Assembly (NCBI GenBank): GCA_029245725.1
Contig: JAQWOT010000148.1
Location: 50,918 to 114,917, forward strand
DNA from: SAR324 cluster bacterium
Lineage (GTDB): Bacteria > SAR324 > NAC60-12
Direction of reading: 5' to 3'
Length of the DNA stretch: 64,000 nucleotides
Shown here: positions 36,696-46,699 of the stretch, piece by piece
Position numbering within the stretch: the first letter of the stretch is position 1
How the letters are laid out: each line of letters starts with the position of its first letter
Made by a program: the position numbers and the translations under genes
The notes under the pieces: model-generated
Told to the model about the DNA's origin: nothing
Seen by the model: the letters and a program-made list of their open reading frames with translations, nothing else
The model's database searches: none

Positions 36696-37634
36696 TCAAG
36701 CTTGCTGTAATCCTGACAGAAACGAAAGCACCTGCTGGTGCGAATACTCAGTTTCAAAGTGTCCGGTTTCAGTAATCAAAAGCTGCCAACTCTCAGGATG
36801 ACCAGCAGCGTCCACCTGAGAACGCATACTTTGATCAAGGCTTTGTACACCTTCAATCGGGGTGAGGCCATCATGACGCCCTACCACGCATAGTCGAGGC
36901 CGAGGAAGCGTCAAGTGATTCACTTCCTCCGCAGAGAAGTGCTTTAACAGGGCTGGTACATAGTAATAGATCCCATGCCTATCCAAGTTCTGTTGGGCTA
37001 TCAAAGACTCATACTCAGCGAGACTATAGAGATCAATACAAGCACGAATTCTTGGTTCCAGAGCAGTACTCCAAAGAGCCATCGTACCCCCCATTGAAAT
37101 TCCCATGCTGACGATCGAGTCAGCCAGTACATCTTCCCTGACAGCCAGGTAATCAAAAGCTTTGAGGGTGTCAAAAACCATCATTCCCCAGAGAACTTTT
37201 CCCCTCCAGAGCAACTCTTTAAACACTGCTGACTCGGTACGTCCCTGCCGCTCCCCAAAACACCAGGCATCAATCGAGAGCACGGCGTAACCACGTTTTG
37301 TCAACTCTGCACCATAGGCATGACGCAAAGCATCTCGACCTTCCAATAACTCTGTCTTGCCCAAGGTATAATCACCACCATGTGCGTGATTATAGAGTAC
37401 AGCCGGAAAGGGGCCTTTTGCCTGAAGAGGCTTGAGGAAAACTCCAGGAATCGGCTCCATCTCATTCCACTCAAACAACCAGTCTTCCTGAATAAAGGCA
37501 TCCTGTTCCGTCTCACGAACTAGGGTCACTTTCGATGGAGCCTCTCTGTCCGGAAGGTCTCCTAGCAAAGCCCACAGCTTGCTCCGCTGCGCTTGCTGAT
37601 GTTCTGGTGTGATAGATTTTGGGAAGTTGGACAT
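36696..37634 (-). CDS. alpha/beta hydrolase (dienelactone hydrolase / esterase-like)
   Basis: Nucleophile elbow GISMGG plus a downstream Asp/His-containing region. 312 aa. Confidence 0.7.
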   Translation of the reverse strand: MSNFPKSITPEHQQAQRSKLWALLGDLPDREAPSKVTLVRETEQDAFIQEDWLFEWNEMEPIPGVFLKPLQAKGPFPAVLYNHAHGGDYTLGKTELLEGRDALRHAYGAELTKRGYAVLSIDAWCFGERQGRTESAVFKELLWRGKVLWGMMVFDTLKAFDYLAVREDVLADSIVSMGISMGGTMALWSTALEPRIRACIDLYSLAEYESLIAQQNLDRHGIYYYVPALLKHFSAEEVNHLTLPRPRLCVVGRHDGLTPIEGVQSLDQSMRSQVDAAGHPESWQLLITETGHFETEYSHQQVLSFLSGLQQA

Positions 37635-37882
37635 CCAACCTTGGTAAGCAAAACTTTAATGGTACTCACAAATCTGATAGGAGTGAATTTGCGTATCGAA
37701 GACTTGCATCAGACTAGCAAGTTTTCAAGTTGTTCGATTGATTTAGATGCAATTTTGAAATCTTACGACGAAAACAGCAAATTGGTTGGGCGTTTCGCTC
37801 CCTAAGAGCAAAACTTGGCAGGGGAAGGCTCAAGCACGTTTTAAGAACCTCCAACAATCTTGGATGAAACTGGCTGAGGATG

Positions 37883-38935
37883 TCAGTTGAGGCGTTTGCC
37901 TGATTGGCTACTGAAAAGGTGCAGTTTTTCTGAAATCACAGAAACCGTAATGTTCTCACCGACCTTGTGACCACTGCCCCCTGGACGGCGTATCCGGTAA
38001 TCCAATCCAGCTGAACTGACACAGTAGAGTAATTCATCTGAACCCAACTCCTCGACAAGGTCGATCTGCAAACCCATCTTGGAGGTTGACTCGAGAACAA
38101 AGTCTTCTGGACGGATGCCTACCTTTACGGGCTGGTCTGAAATCTGTGAGAAACCGGGAAGTTCAAAGCCATCCACATGGAGTGATCCCGCTTTAACTTC
38201 TCCAGAAACGATGTTGATCCTGGGGGATCCAATGAAGGACGCGACGAATTCAGAGGCTGGTTTGCTATAAACCTCCATCGGTGTGCCGATTTGCTCCAAT
38301 TCTCCATTATTCAGAACCGCCAGACGGTCTCCGACTGTCATCGCTTCAATCTGATCGTGCGTAACAAAGATCGAAGTCACTCTGAGCTGCCTTTGTAATT
38401 TGCGGATATCCACCCGCATCTGTGCCCGTAATTGAGCATCCAGGTTGGAGAGGGGTTCATCAAAAAGGAATAATTTTGGTTCCCGAACAATCGCTCTTCC
38501 CATTGCGACACGCTGGCGCTGTCCGCCAGACAGTTGTGCCGGTTTGCGCTCCAACAATTCATCCAACTGAAGCATCTGAGCCGCTTCAACCACACGCCGG
38601 TCAATCTCTGCCTTGGGGACCTTTCGGTTTTGGAGAGCGTAGGACATATTGCGACGAACAGTCATGTGCGGATAGAGCGCGTAGTTCTGGAAAACCATCG
38701 CAACATCTCGATGAGCAGGCTCTACGTCATTGATCCGAGATCCATCCAACATTAGGTCTCCAGAAGTAATTTCTTCCAGGCCCGCAATCATTCTCAGCAA
38801 CGTAGACTTTCCACATCCAGATGGCCCAACAAAAACAGTCAATTCTCCATCAAGAATCTCCAGATCGATTCCCCGCACCGCATGAGTGCCGTTAGCATAG
38901 GTTTTTTGCAAACTATTGAGTTTGAGGGTCGTCAT
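37883..38935 (-). CDS. ugpC: sn-glycerol-3-phosphate-type ABC transporter ATP-binding protein
   Basis: Walker A GPSGCGKST, LSGGQRQR. Last gene of the ugpBAEC-like operon. Confidence 0.8.
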   Translation of the reverse strand: MTTLKLNSLQKTYANGTHAVRGIDLEILDGELTVFVGPSGCGKSTLLRMIAGLEEITSGDLMLDGSRINDVEPAHRDVAMVFQNYALYPHMTVRRNMSYALQNRKVPKAEIDRRVVEAAQMLQLDELLERKPAQLSGGQRQRVAMGRAIVREPKLFLFDEPLSNLDAQLRAQMRVDIRKLQRQLRVTSIFVTHDQIEAMTVGDRLAVLNNGELEQIGTPMEVYSKPASEFVASFIGSPRINIVSGEVKAGSLHVDGFELPGFSQISDQPVKVGIRPEDFVLESTSKMGLQIDLVEELGSDELLYCVSSAGLDYRIRRPGGSGHKVGENITVSVISEKLHLFSSQSGKRLN

Positions 38936-39786
38936 TTATCGCTCTCGAGAAGGCCCTTGATGAACCAGCGTTGGAAGAGAATTACAATCAGTACAGGGGG
39001 AACCAGAGCGAGGATTGCCAGAGCAAAACCGCGGTTGTATTCAGGTAGTCGATTGCCATCAATCGTCTGCATCACAGACTTGATGCCCAGCACGATTGTG
39101 CTGTAGCTCTCATCAGTAGTCATCAACAAAGGCCACAGATATTGGTTCCAGCCGACCACAAACATGATGATGAAGAGGGCCGCCATCATCGTTCGAGATA
39201 AGGGCAACAGAATGTCAATGAAAAATTTCCAAGCTCCGGCACCATCCAACTTTGCAGCTTCCAGTAGTTCATCAGGAACTGAACGGAAGAACTGGCGGAA
39301 ATAGAACGTCCCTGTGGCTGAGGCTATTAGTGGGATGATTAGGCCTGAGTAGGAATTGAGCATTCCCAGATCTGCTACGACTTTGTAAGAAGGAATGATC
39401 CTGACTTCTAGCGGAAGCAGTAGAGTGGTGAAGATGATCCAGAAAAGGAGAGTTCCTATTGGAAATCGAAAGTAGACAATAGCGTAGGCCGCAGTCATCG
39501 AGACGATAATCTTGCCAACCGCAAATCCTACCCCAAGGATCATGCTGTTGATCATCATCATCGAAGCAGTCACCTGCTCTGTGAAACCTTTTTTTTCTGT
39601 TAACACCCCCAGATAGGTTTCAAAAAACTGATCACTCAAATTCAACTGCATTCCATCACGAATAATCGTAGCCGGGTCATGAGTTGAAGAAGCAAAAACC
39701 ATCCAGAGTGGTAGGGCTAAAAACGCAACACCCAAGATAAGCAGCAGATGGTTTAATAATTGGTAGCGAACCCAAAGTACCTTCAT
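38932..39786 (-). CDS. ugpE: ABC permease UgpE-like
   Basis: EAA loop LEAAKLDGAGAWKFFIDILLP. ATGA-type overlaps on both sides. Confidence 0.8.
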   Translation of the reverse strand: MKVLWVRYQLLNHLLLILGVAFLALPLWMVFASSTHDPATIIRDGMQLNLSDQFFETYLGVLTEKKGFTEQVTASMMMINSMILGVGFAVGKIIVSMTAAYAIVYFRFPIGTLLFWIIFTTLLLPLEVRIIPSYKVVADLGMLNSYSGLIIPLIASATGTFYFRQFFRSVPDELLEAAKLDGAGAWKFFIDILLPLSRTMMAALFIIMFVVGWNQYLWPLLMTTDESYSTIVLGIKSVMQTIDGNRLPEYNRGFALAILALVPPVLIVILFQRWFIKGLLESDK

Positions 39787-39788
39787 AA

Positions 39789-40673
39789 TTAGTAATGAAT
39801 CTTCTTTTCAAGGTAACGAAACTGGACCACTGTAAGTGCGAGTACGAAAAGCATTAAAACTACCGACTGAGCTGATGAGCCACCAAGATCAGCACCTTTG
39901 AATCCGTCTACATAAACCTTGTAGACCAAACTAGCTGCGCCAGCTGGTGGACCAAAGGGAAAGACCGTATCAATAATGGCGAAAGTCTCAAAGAAGGCGT
40001 AACTGAAATTAATCACCATCAGGAAGAACAGCGTTGGAGCAAGCAAGGGGAACGTCACGCTCCAGAACCGACTGAATCCACTTGGATTGTCAATTCGTGA
40101 GGCTTCTAACACGGATCGAGGAATAGACTGCAAGCCTGCCAACAGGAAGATGAAGTTTACGCTTACCTGCCGCCACACAGCACCTGAGGTGATGACAACC
40201 CAAGCATCGATTGAATCTAAAGCTGGCTCAAACCAGGGTGGTTCACCATCTGGGTTCAGCAAGTCATAGATTGGTCCAATTTGAGGGCTGAAGAGGAAGC
40301 GGGCAACCAAGCCTGCAACAGCTGGAGCAATAGCGTAAGCCCAAGTGATCAGTGGACGGTAGGTTCCTCCACCACGCAATAACCCATCCACCTGCACCGC
40401 CAGCAACATCGCCAATCCAAGGGATAGGAAGGTCACACTGATCGAGAAAATCAATGTAGCGATCAGCGTTCCCACATATTCAGGATCCTCAAAGATGGTC
40501 TGATAATTTTCAAACCAGACAAACTCATTGGATAGTCCCCAGGGATCCTCAAGATAGAATGAGAGTTTGATCGCCTCAAAGGAAGGCCAAAGGAAAAAGA
40601 CTGCAATGATCGCAATCTGTGGCAAGACAAACAGGTAGGGGATCGGGGAGTGAGAGAAGGTAACGCGTTTCAA
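39789..40673 (-). CDS. ugpA: ABC permease UgpA-like
   Basis: EAA loop LEASRIDNPSGFSRFWSVTFP. Confidence 0.8.
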   Translation of the reverse strand: MKRVTFSHSPIPYLFVLPQIAIIAVFFLWPSFEAIKLSFYLEDPWGLSNEFVWFENYQTIFEDPEYVGTLIATLIFSISVTFLSLGLAMLLAVQVDGLLRGGGTYRPLITWAYAIAPAVAGLVARFLFSPQIGPIYDLLNPDGEPPWFEPALDSIDAWVVITSGAVWRQVSVNFIFLLAGLQSIPRSVLEASRIDNPSGFSRFWSVTFPLLAPTLFFLMVINFSYAFFETFAIIDTVFPFGPPAGAASLVYKVYVDGFKGADLGGSSAQSVVLMLFVLALTVVQFRYLEKKIHY

Positions 40674-40726
40674 ATTATTGTCTTTTCAGAACCGGACCCA
40701 GAATGGGTCCGGTATGATAGAAAGGG

Positions 40727-42037
40727 TTATTTGTAGGTACGTGCAAATTTGACGAGCAATTTGTTCGCACCATCTTCAATGTTGGCTAAGGCAGTCTTTG
40801 CATCCTGCTTGCCAGCGAAGAGCTTGTCGTATTCCGCATACATCACCTCACGCACCTGGACGTAGAAGCCCAACTGATAACCCTTGGAATGGTCACCACC
40901 AGGGAGGTTCAGTTGAAGGATTCCGATCTCTGCATCGGGATTGTCCTTGTAATACCCCTCACTTTTAGCCAAGTCATATGCAGCGTTGGTGATCGCCACA
41001 TAACCAGTTTCCCGGTGCCACATGAACTGCACTTCTGGCTCGGTCAGGTACTCAAAGAAGTTTGCAACACCCTTGTATTCAGCATCACTATGACCAGACA
41101 TTACGAACAGTGCAGCACCACCGATGAAGGTGTTGGTCGGCTTGTTCGTAACCGCATGCCAGTAGGGCAGGTAGGTTGTTCCAAATGGGAACTTCGCAGT
41201 GTTCTTCAGTCCACCGAAGGAACCAGATGAACCCAGCCAGATGCCAACTTCCTGATTCACGAAACCGTTCTGGTTATCACCCCAGGCTCGTCCATAGTAC
41301 TTGTAGAAGCCCTTGTCTTGCCATTCCTTCAACTTTGACCAGTGGGTCACCATTCCTGGATTGTTGTAAAGAATTTTGGTCTCCAAACCACCGAAGCCAT
41401 TATTGTTGGTAGCCATCGGCAGGTTGTGACGAGAATGGAAATTCTCTGAGAAAATCCAAGGACTGTGTGATTGGGCCAACGGCACGTAACCAGCGTCTTT
41501 GAGCGCCGGGGCCACTCGCATTTCAAAATCTTCCCAAGTCGCTGGAGGAAGGGTCAAACCAGCTTTCTGGAAAGCATTTTTATTGTAATACATCACTGGT
41601 GTGGAACTATTGAACGGCATTCCAACCATCTTGCCGCTGCTGTCCGCGTAAAAAGAGCGAACACCGCTGATGTAGTTGTTGGCATCAAAGCCAACACCGT
41701 GCTTGGAGAGCAGATCCTGTACGGGGAAGACAGCTCCCTTTGCATTGATAATCGTAGCCGCACCAGCATCAAAGATCTGGATGATGTGTGGCTGCTGCTT
41801 CGCACGGAAAGCTGCGATTCCAGCGGTCATGGTGTCTTCATAACCACCTTTGTACACCGGGGTGAGCTTGTAGGTCGACTGAGATGCATTGTAGTCTCTG
41901 GCAATTCGATTCACGGTCTCGCCAAGAGCACCTTCCATCGCATGCCACCACTGAATTTCAGTTTGAGCCCATGCAGATGGGGTGAACACAACGAAGGTAG
42001 CCAGCAACACACTGGCTATCAAGTTACGGAATTTCAT
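40727..42037 (-). CDS. ugpB: sn-glycerol-3-phosphate-binding periplasmic protein UgpB-like
   Basis: Start at MKFRNL (AAGG RBS 6 nt upstream). Long blocks match E. coli UgpB as I recall it: WHAMEGALG, YKGGYE..TAGIAAFR, FNSSTPVMYYNKNAFQKAGL. Confidence 0.8.
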   Translation of the reverse strand: MKFRNLIASVLLATFVVFTPSAWAQTEIQWWHAMEGALGETVNRIARDYNASQSTYKLTPVYKGGYEDTMTAGIAAFRAKQQPHIIQIFDAGAATIINAKGAVFPVQDLLSKHGVGFDANNYISGVRSFYADSSGKMVGMPFNSSTPVMYYNKNAFQKAGLTLPPATWEDFEMRVAPALKDAGYVPLAQSHSPWIFSENFHSRHNLPMATNNNGFGGLETKILYNNPGMVTHWSKLKEWQDKGFYKYYGRAWGDNQNGFVNQEVGIWLGSSGSFGGLKNTAKFPFGTTYLPYWHAVTNKPTNTFIGGAALFVMSGHSDAEYKGVANFFEYLTEPEVQFMWHRETGYVAITNAAYDLAKSEGYYKDNPDAEIGILQLNLPGGDHSKGYQLGFYVQVREVMYAEYDKLFAGKQDAKTALANIEDGANKLLVKFARTYK

Positions 42038-42726
42038 GGTCATCCTTATCTTCAAGCGGTTAAAAGCACTGACCAAGGTCAGGCACATCAAGAATGTCTG
42101 CTCCATTTCCTCAATTCTTTCAGGCTGCATCCAACTTAATTTCAATTATTCTGATCAATTCAACCTGCTGATCAAAGAATTTTTTTTCGAAAAATTCGAT
42201 GACCTGGCTTCCTCCCATTGATCAAATTGATGCGATAGCCTCCCAAACATGAACCAATTGTATTAGAGTCTACAAACGTGATCAAAGCCGACCGATTCCA
42301 ACAAATGATAATCAATTTTGCAAATGATTTTTTCCCAAGAGACATTCTTCTGATTTTCCATTTTGAAAAATGGAGAGATTTTTTAAGAAAGTTCAGCGGA
42401 AACGTCGACAAGATGATTACCAAATATTCGCTTTAATTTGGTTTGGTTAGCAAATGATGAAGAGTTGTCTGCAAATTAGTTAGAGCATGGATAATCATGT
42501 TCTGTGTGAACATTATTTGAATGATTTTTGGACGAAATGTAGGGCCTGATTGATGAACCTACCTAGCGCGTTAACCCCCTAAAGATTTCATCTCATAAAC
42601 TTGACTACCCTTGCCGGATCAGTAAGTTTGCAAAGAAAGAATTTTTTGGACTGACCAAGAGGGTTGGCAGCATCCCCGTCTCATCACAGTCCCCCTTCTC
42701 AAAAATCAAGAAATCCAAGGAAGAAT

Positions 42727-44100
42727 ATGCTCGAACAGGGACAACTCGAAAGCTGGGATCGGGAGAGTTTTTTTCACCCGAACACCCATCTTGGTCAATT
42801 TGTGCGCAAGGAAGCCCCCCAGGTTGTGATGAAGGGTGGAGAGGGGGTTTATGTCTACGACAGCAACAGTAATAAATTGCTGGATGGCTTTGCTGGACTG
42901 TACTGTGTCAACATCGGCTACGGACGCCAACCCGTGATTGATGCGATCAGCAAGCAGGCCCAGGAACTGGCCTATTACCACGCCTACTTTGGTCATGGTA
43001 CCGAGGCGAGCATCACCCTCTCCAAGATGGTCCTGGAACGAGCTCCAGAGCACATGAGCAAGATCTACTTCGGGGTCTCGGGTTCTGACGCAAACGACAC
43101 CAACATCAAGCTCACGTGGCACTACCAGAACATCCTCGGACGTCCTCAGAAGAAGAAGATCATCTCACGCTGGCGAGCCTATCACGGTTCCGGCCTGATG
43201 AGCGGATCCCTAACTGGCCTGGATGCCTTCCACAAGAAGTTCGACCTGCCCCTACCGATGGTCAAACACACTGTGGCCCCCTACTACTATCGGCGGCCTA
43301 CCGAGTTGGAGAATTTCAGCGAGGAGGAATTCAGCGTCCACTGTGCCAAGGAATTGGAAGCCCTGATTGCCCAAGAAGGAGCCGACACAATCGCTGCGAT
43401 GGTCGCTGAACCTGCTTTGGGCACCGGAGGGCTTGTGCCCCCACCCAAGGGCTACTGGGAAGCCATCACGCCCATTCTCAAGCAACACGATATCCTACTG
43501 ATAGCCGATGAAGTTGTCACCGGCTTCGGGCGGCTTGGGTCGATGTTCGCCAGTCCTTTCTATGGCTTGGAGCCTGACTTCATGACGATTGCCAAGGGCG
43601 TGACCAGCGCCTACCTGCCCCTTTCAGGTTCTCTCATCTCCGGGAAAGTCTACGATGTCCTGATGCAGGGTACCGATGAAAGTGGACCGATTGGGCACGG
43701 CTGGACCTACTCCGCACATCCGATTTGTGCTGCTGCTGGAGTAGCCAACCTGAAGCTGATTGACGAGATGAACATCGTTGCTAATACCGTTGAAGTTGGA
43801 CCCTATTTATTGAAGGAGCTGCAATCAGCGCTGGGGGATCATCCAAATGTGGGGGAAATTCGTGGAGAAGGCTTGCTCGCAGCTGTTGAACTGGTTGAAG
43901 AAAGAGCCGGACGGAGGTTCTTTGATCCTTTGAAAAAAGTCGGACCCACGCTGGCCACCAAGATCCGTGAAAATGGTGTGATCGTCCGTGCGATGGCTCA
44001 GGGAGACATCCTCGGTATGGCCCCACCACTTTGCCTCAGCCGAGAAGAAGCTGACGTAATCGTCAAAGCTATCCATCAAGCGGTAACCAGTTACTTCTGA
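42727..44100 (+). CDS. class III (omega) aminotransferase, PLP-dependent
   Basis: Start at MLEQGQLESWDR. Motifs GLYCVNIGYGR and LLIADEVVTGFGRLG, with the catalytic Lys in TIAKG. Confidence 0.85.
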   Translation: MLEQGQLESWDRESFFHPNTHLGQFVRKEAPQVVMKGGEGVYVYDSNSNKLLDGFAGLYCVNIGYGRQPVIDAISKQAQELAYYHAYFGHGTEASITLSKMVLERAPEHMSKIYFGVSGSDANDTNIKLTWHYQNILGRPQKKKIISRWRAYHGSGLMSGSLTGLDAFHKKFDLPLPMVKHTVAPYYYRRPTELENFSEEEFSVHCAKELEALIAQEGADTIAAMVAEPALGTGGLVPPPKGYWEAITPILKQHDILLIADEVVTGFGRLGSMFASPFYGLEPDFMTIAKGVTSAYLPLSGSLISGKVYDVLMQGTDESGPIGHGWTYSAHPICAAAGVANLKLIDEMNIVANTVEVGPYLLKELQSALGDHPNVGEIRGEGLLAAVELVEERAGRRFFDPLKKVGPTLATKIRENGVIVRAMAQGDILGMAPPLCLSREEADVIVKAIHQAVTSYF

Positions 44101-44132
44101 ACTTTTATTTCCTTCTAATAAGCTACAGACGT

Positions 44133-44166
44133 GCTCCCAATCATTCCATGGGAGCCCTGTTTTGCC
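44133..44166 (+). terminator. rho-independent terminator candidate downstream of the aminotransferase
   Basis: GCTCCCA-atcattcca-TGGGAGC stem-loop followed by CCTGTTTTGCC. Confidence 0.45.
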
Positions 44167-44310
44167 ATTAATTGAAATATTCTGAACTAGTGAGCACCTC
44201 AAGCTTGATTCCTCTGCAAGTGCAGATTTAATTATTGTTATCCGCTTGCTTATAAGCAAATGATGAGTTGCTCATCCTATCCAACCTTTTCTTTCTCAAC
44301 GAGCGAATCA

Positions 44311-44811
44311 ATGGCTGAGATTTCATGGCGAGGACTGATCGTCAACACAGAGGGCGAAATGCCCCAGATAGGCAGTAAAGCTCCAGATTTCATGCTGGCA
44401 GCAAAAGATCTAAGTGATCTGCAACTAATTGACTTTGCTGGGAAAAATCTGATCCTGAACATCTTCCCCAGTATCGACACACCAACTTGTGCCACCTCTG
44501 TGCGAACTTTCAACGTTAGGGTTGCTGACCAGAGCAATACCGTGGTGCTCTGCGTGTCTGTTGATTTGCCCCAAGCACAAGCTCGCTTCTGCGGTGCAGA
44601 AAATATTGAGAATGTACAAACAGGCTCAGCCTTCCGTTCCCCAGATTTTGGGAAGGACTATGGGGTCATCATCAAAGACAGCTTCCGACGAGGTCTGATG
44701 GCTCGAGCCATCGTAGTGATCAATGGCAATGGTATCGTCAAGCACACCGAGTTGGTTCCCGAAGTTGCCCAACAACCTGACTACGATGCGGCTTTGGCTG
44801 CTGCCTCTTAA
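44311..44811 (+). CDS. tpx: thiol peroxidase (atypical 2-Cys peroxiredoxin)
   Basis: Start at MAEISW. FPSIDTPTCATSVRTFN peroxidatic Cys motif and a resolving Cys in LCVSVDLPQAQARFCGAE. Aligns end to end with Tpx. Confidence 0.9.
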   Translation: MAEISWRGLIVNTEGEMPQIGSKAPDFMLAAKDLSDLQLIDFAGKNLILNIFPSIDTPTCATSVRTFNVRVADQSNTVVLCVSVDLPQAQARFCGAENIENVQTGSAFRSPDFGKDYGVIIKDSFRRGLMARAIVVINGNGIVKHTELVPEVAQQPDYDAALAAAS

Positions 44812-44850
44812 GTTAGAAGAGTCACTGCCGACATTTTAAAAAAATCAGAG

Positions 44851-44879
44851 AACTATGATCGAAATTATCGATCATAGTT
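44851..44879. repeat. inverted repeat AACTATGATC-(9 nt)-GATCATAGTT downstream of tpx
   Basis: Perfect 10-bp arms. No following T-tract, so it is either a weak terminator or a protein-binding site. Confidence 0.3.
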
Positions 44880-45103
44880 AAAGTAAATTCTTTACTTGCT
44901 GTACTAGAAATTACTAGGACGATCGAGTTATGTTGCAATCAGTTGAACTGGCCTTCACACTCTGACTAATTTGCTTGCCAAGACTGATAGTATGACTAAA
45001 ACTTATTCTGTTGTCTTTAACGAGATTGACAAAGAGCTATTCAGCAAAATGAAGATAAACTTTGTCCGAAGTCTCTGCCTAGAACCTATAAAAAAGAGGA
45101 TTT

Positions 45104-45478
45104 ATGAAAACCGCTGAATCTGCTTTGAGTGCTGCAAACGCAGTGGTACCAAAAATCAGTGTTGCTGATGGAATCCAAAAGCATGCCGACGGAAATAGTG
45201 TTTTTATCGATGTGCGAGACGGTCTTGAAATCCAAGAAACAGGTACAATTCAAGGTGCCTTGAAAATACCAAGAGGATTTATTGAATTTGCTGCTGATTC
45301 AAGTACCCCCTACCATGCCGAGAAGCTTCAAAAAGATGCCCAGATCGTCTTAGTGTGTGGTGCTGGTGGCATGGCCGCTTTAACAGGACACACTCTTGTG
45401 GAAATGGGCTTCAAGAATGTTTGTAATGTTGGTGGGTTTGCTGATTGGAAAGAGAACGGCGGGCCTGTTGGAGCATAA
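45104..45478 (+). CDS. rhodanese-like domain protein (sulfurtransferase)
   Basis: 124 aa. Active-site Cys loop VCGAGGMAA in a single rhodanese fold. Confidence 0.7.
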   Translation: MKTAESALSAANAVVPKISVADGIQKHADGNSVFIDVRDGLEIQETGTIQGALKIPRGFIEFAADSSTPYHAEKLQKDAQIVLVCGAGGMAALTGHTLVEMGFKNVCNVGGFADWKENGGPVGA

Positions 45479-45933
45479 TTCTAATTAAATAGTCTACGCT
45501 AAAATATGATTCAGAAAGATTGCCCAACCTCATTTATGGCGAGGGATTTTCTGTATGATATTGATATGGTTGATTTGTGAGCTCAATAACTTTTCAACCA
45601 AAGGGGTGGTCGCCTTCATAAGGCTCTGCTGAGCAAATATGGTTCAGCGAGCCTATATGTCGCAGCCTGCCATGAAAAGTGGCCGATATTTAGCACCCAG
45701 TAACTTATCCAGCGGTTCAACTCTCCCATTTGCAATAGGATCTTTTCTATTCGAATCAAAGATCTATTTTCTATTTTCCTCCCAGTAACAATAATCTTCA
45801 TCCCAAAAGACATTTTGGGATTTATAAGTTGTAGCCATAGGGCTTGAGTCCAAGGATAAGCCTGCCACAAACAAATCAAATCACTTTATCAGCAAGCAAC
45901 AACTCGTCTTAATTATATTTGAAATTCTTAAAA

Positions 45934-46593
45934 TCAGGCAGACATATCGGTAGGAAGGACATTCAGCAGCACAGCAAAGAAATGAGCCGTGCTACCTCCG
46001 AGGACAAAGAGGTGCCAGATAGCATGATGGTAGGGAAGCCGGTGCCAAGAATAGAAAATCACACCCACACTGTAAGAAATTCCACCCACAAAGAGCAAAA
46101 CTAGGCCAGAGGGCTCAATGGTCTCCCACATTTGTGGAAAGACAATCAGGCAGAGCCAGCCCATTACCAGATATGTCACAGTCGAGGCTTTGGGGAGTTT
46201 GCCCACAAAAAAGACCTTGAAGACAATTCCCAGCAGCGCCATGCCCCAGATCACCCCAAAGAGGCTCCAGCCCCAAGTGCCACGGAGGTTATCAAGGAGA
46301 AAGGGCGTGTAGGTTCCTGCAATCAGCAAGAAAATCGCAGAGTGATCAAGGATTTTGAAGATGCGTTTGGCTCGCTGATTTTGCAGGCCATGATAGAGGG
46401 TAGATGCGAGATATAGCAGAATCAGCGAACTGCCATAAACAGTAACGCTGACAATTTGCAAGGTATCCCCTTGCTGGGAAGCCAACGTGACCAGCAGTGT
46501 GAGAGCCGCAACACTTAAAGCTGTTCCAATCCCGTGGGTAATGCTGTTGGCAATCTCTTCGCCGAGGCTCTGGGTTTTGCTTTTTGAAGTCAA
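45934..46593 (-). CDS. hemolysin III / PAQR family membrane protein
   Basis: 7-TM protein with conserved motifs NSITHGIG, DHSAIFLLIAGTYTPF and HHAIWHLFV. Confidence 0.9.
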   Translation of the reverse strand: MTSKSKTQSLGEEIANSITHGIGTALSVAALTLLVTLASQQGDTLQIVSVTVYGSSLILLYLASTLYHGLQNQRAKRIFKILDHSAIFLLIAGTYTPFLLDNLRGTWGWSLFGVIWGMALLGIVFKVFFVGKLPKASTVTYLVMGWLCLIVFPQMWETIEPSGLVLLFVGGISYSVGVIFYSWHRLPYHHAIWHLFVLGGSTAHFFAVLLNVLPTDMSA

Positions 46594-46699
46594 TCTTGGA
46601 TGTCAGAGATAATGTTCCAGGATTTCTAAACGCTGGCAATTGGCACTTTCACCTAGTTGTACACGATCTCTTTCCAGAGCACAAACTTATCAGGTCAGC

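Noticed and set aside
42172-42423. 83-aa minus-strand ORF in the ugpB/aminotransferase intergenic region
   Set aside because: AT-rich, Lys/Ile/Phe-rich translation typical of random ORFs in AT-rich DNA, and no RBS.
45616-45879. 87-aa minus-strand ORF between the rhodanese and hemolysin III genes
   Set aside because: No motif and odd composition. Kept only as part of the possible sRNA/remnant finding.
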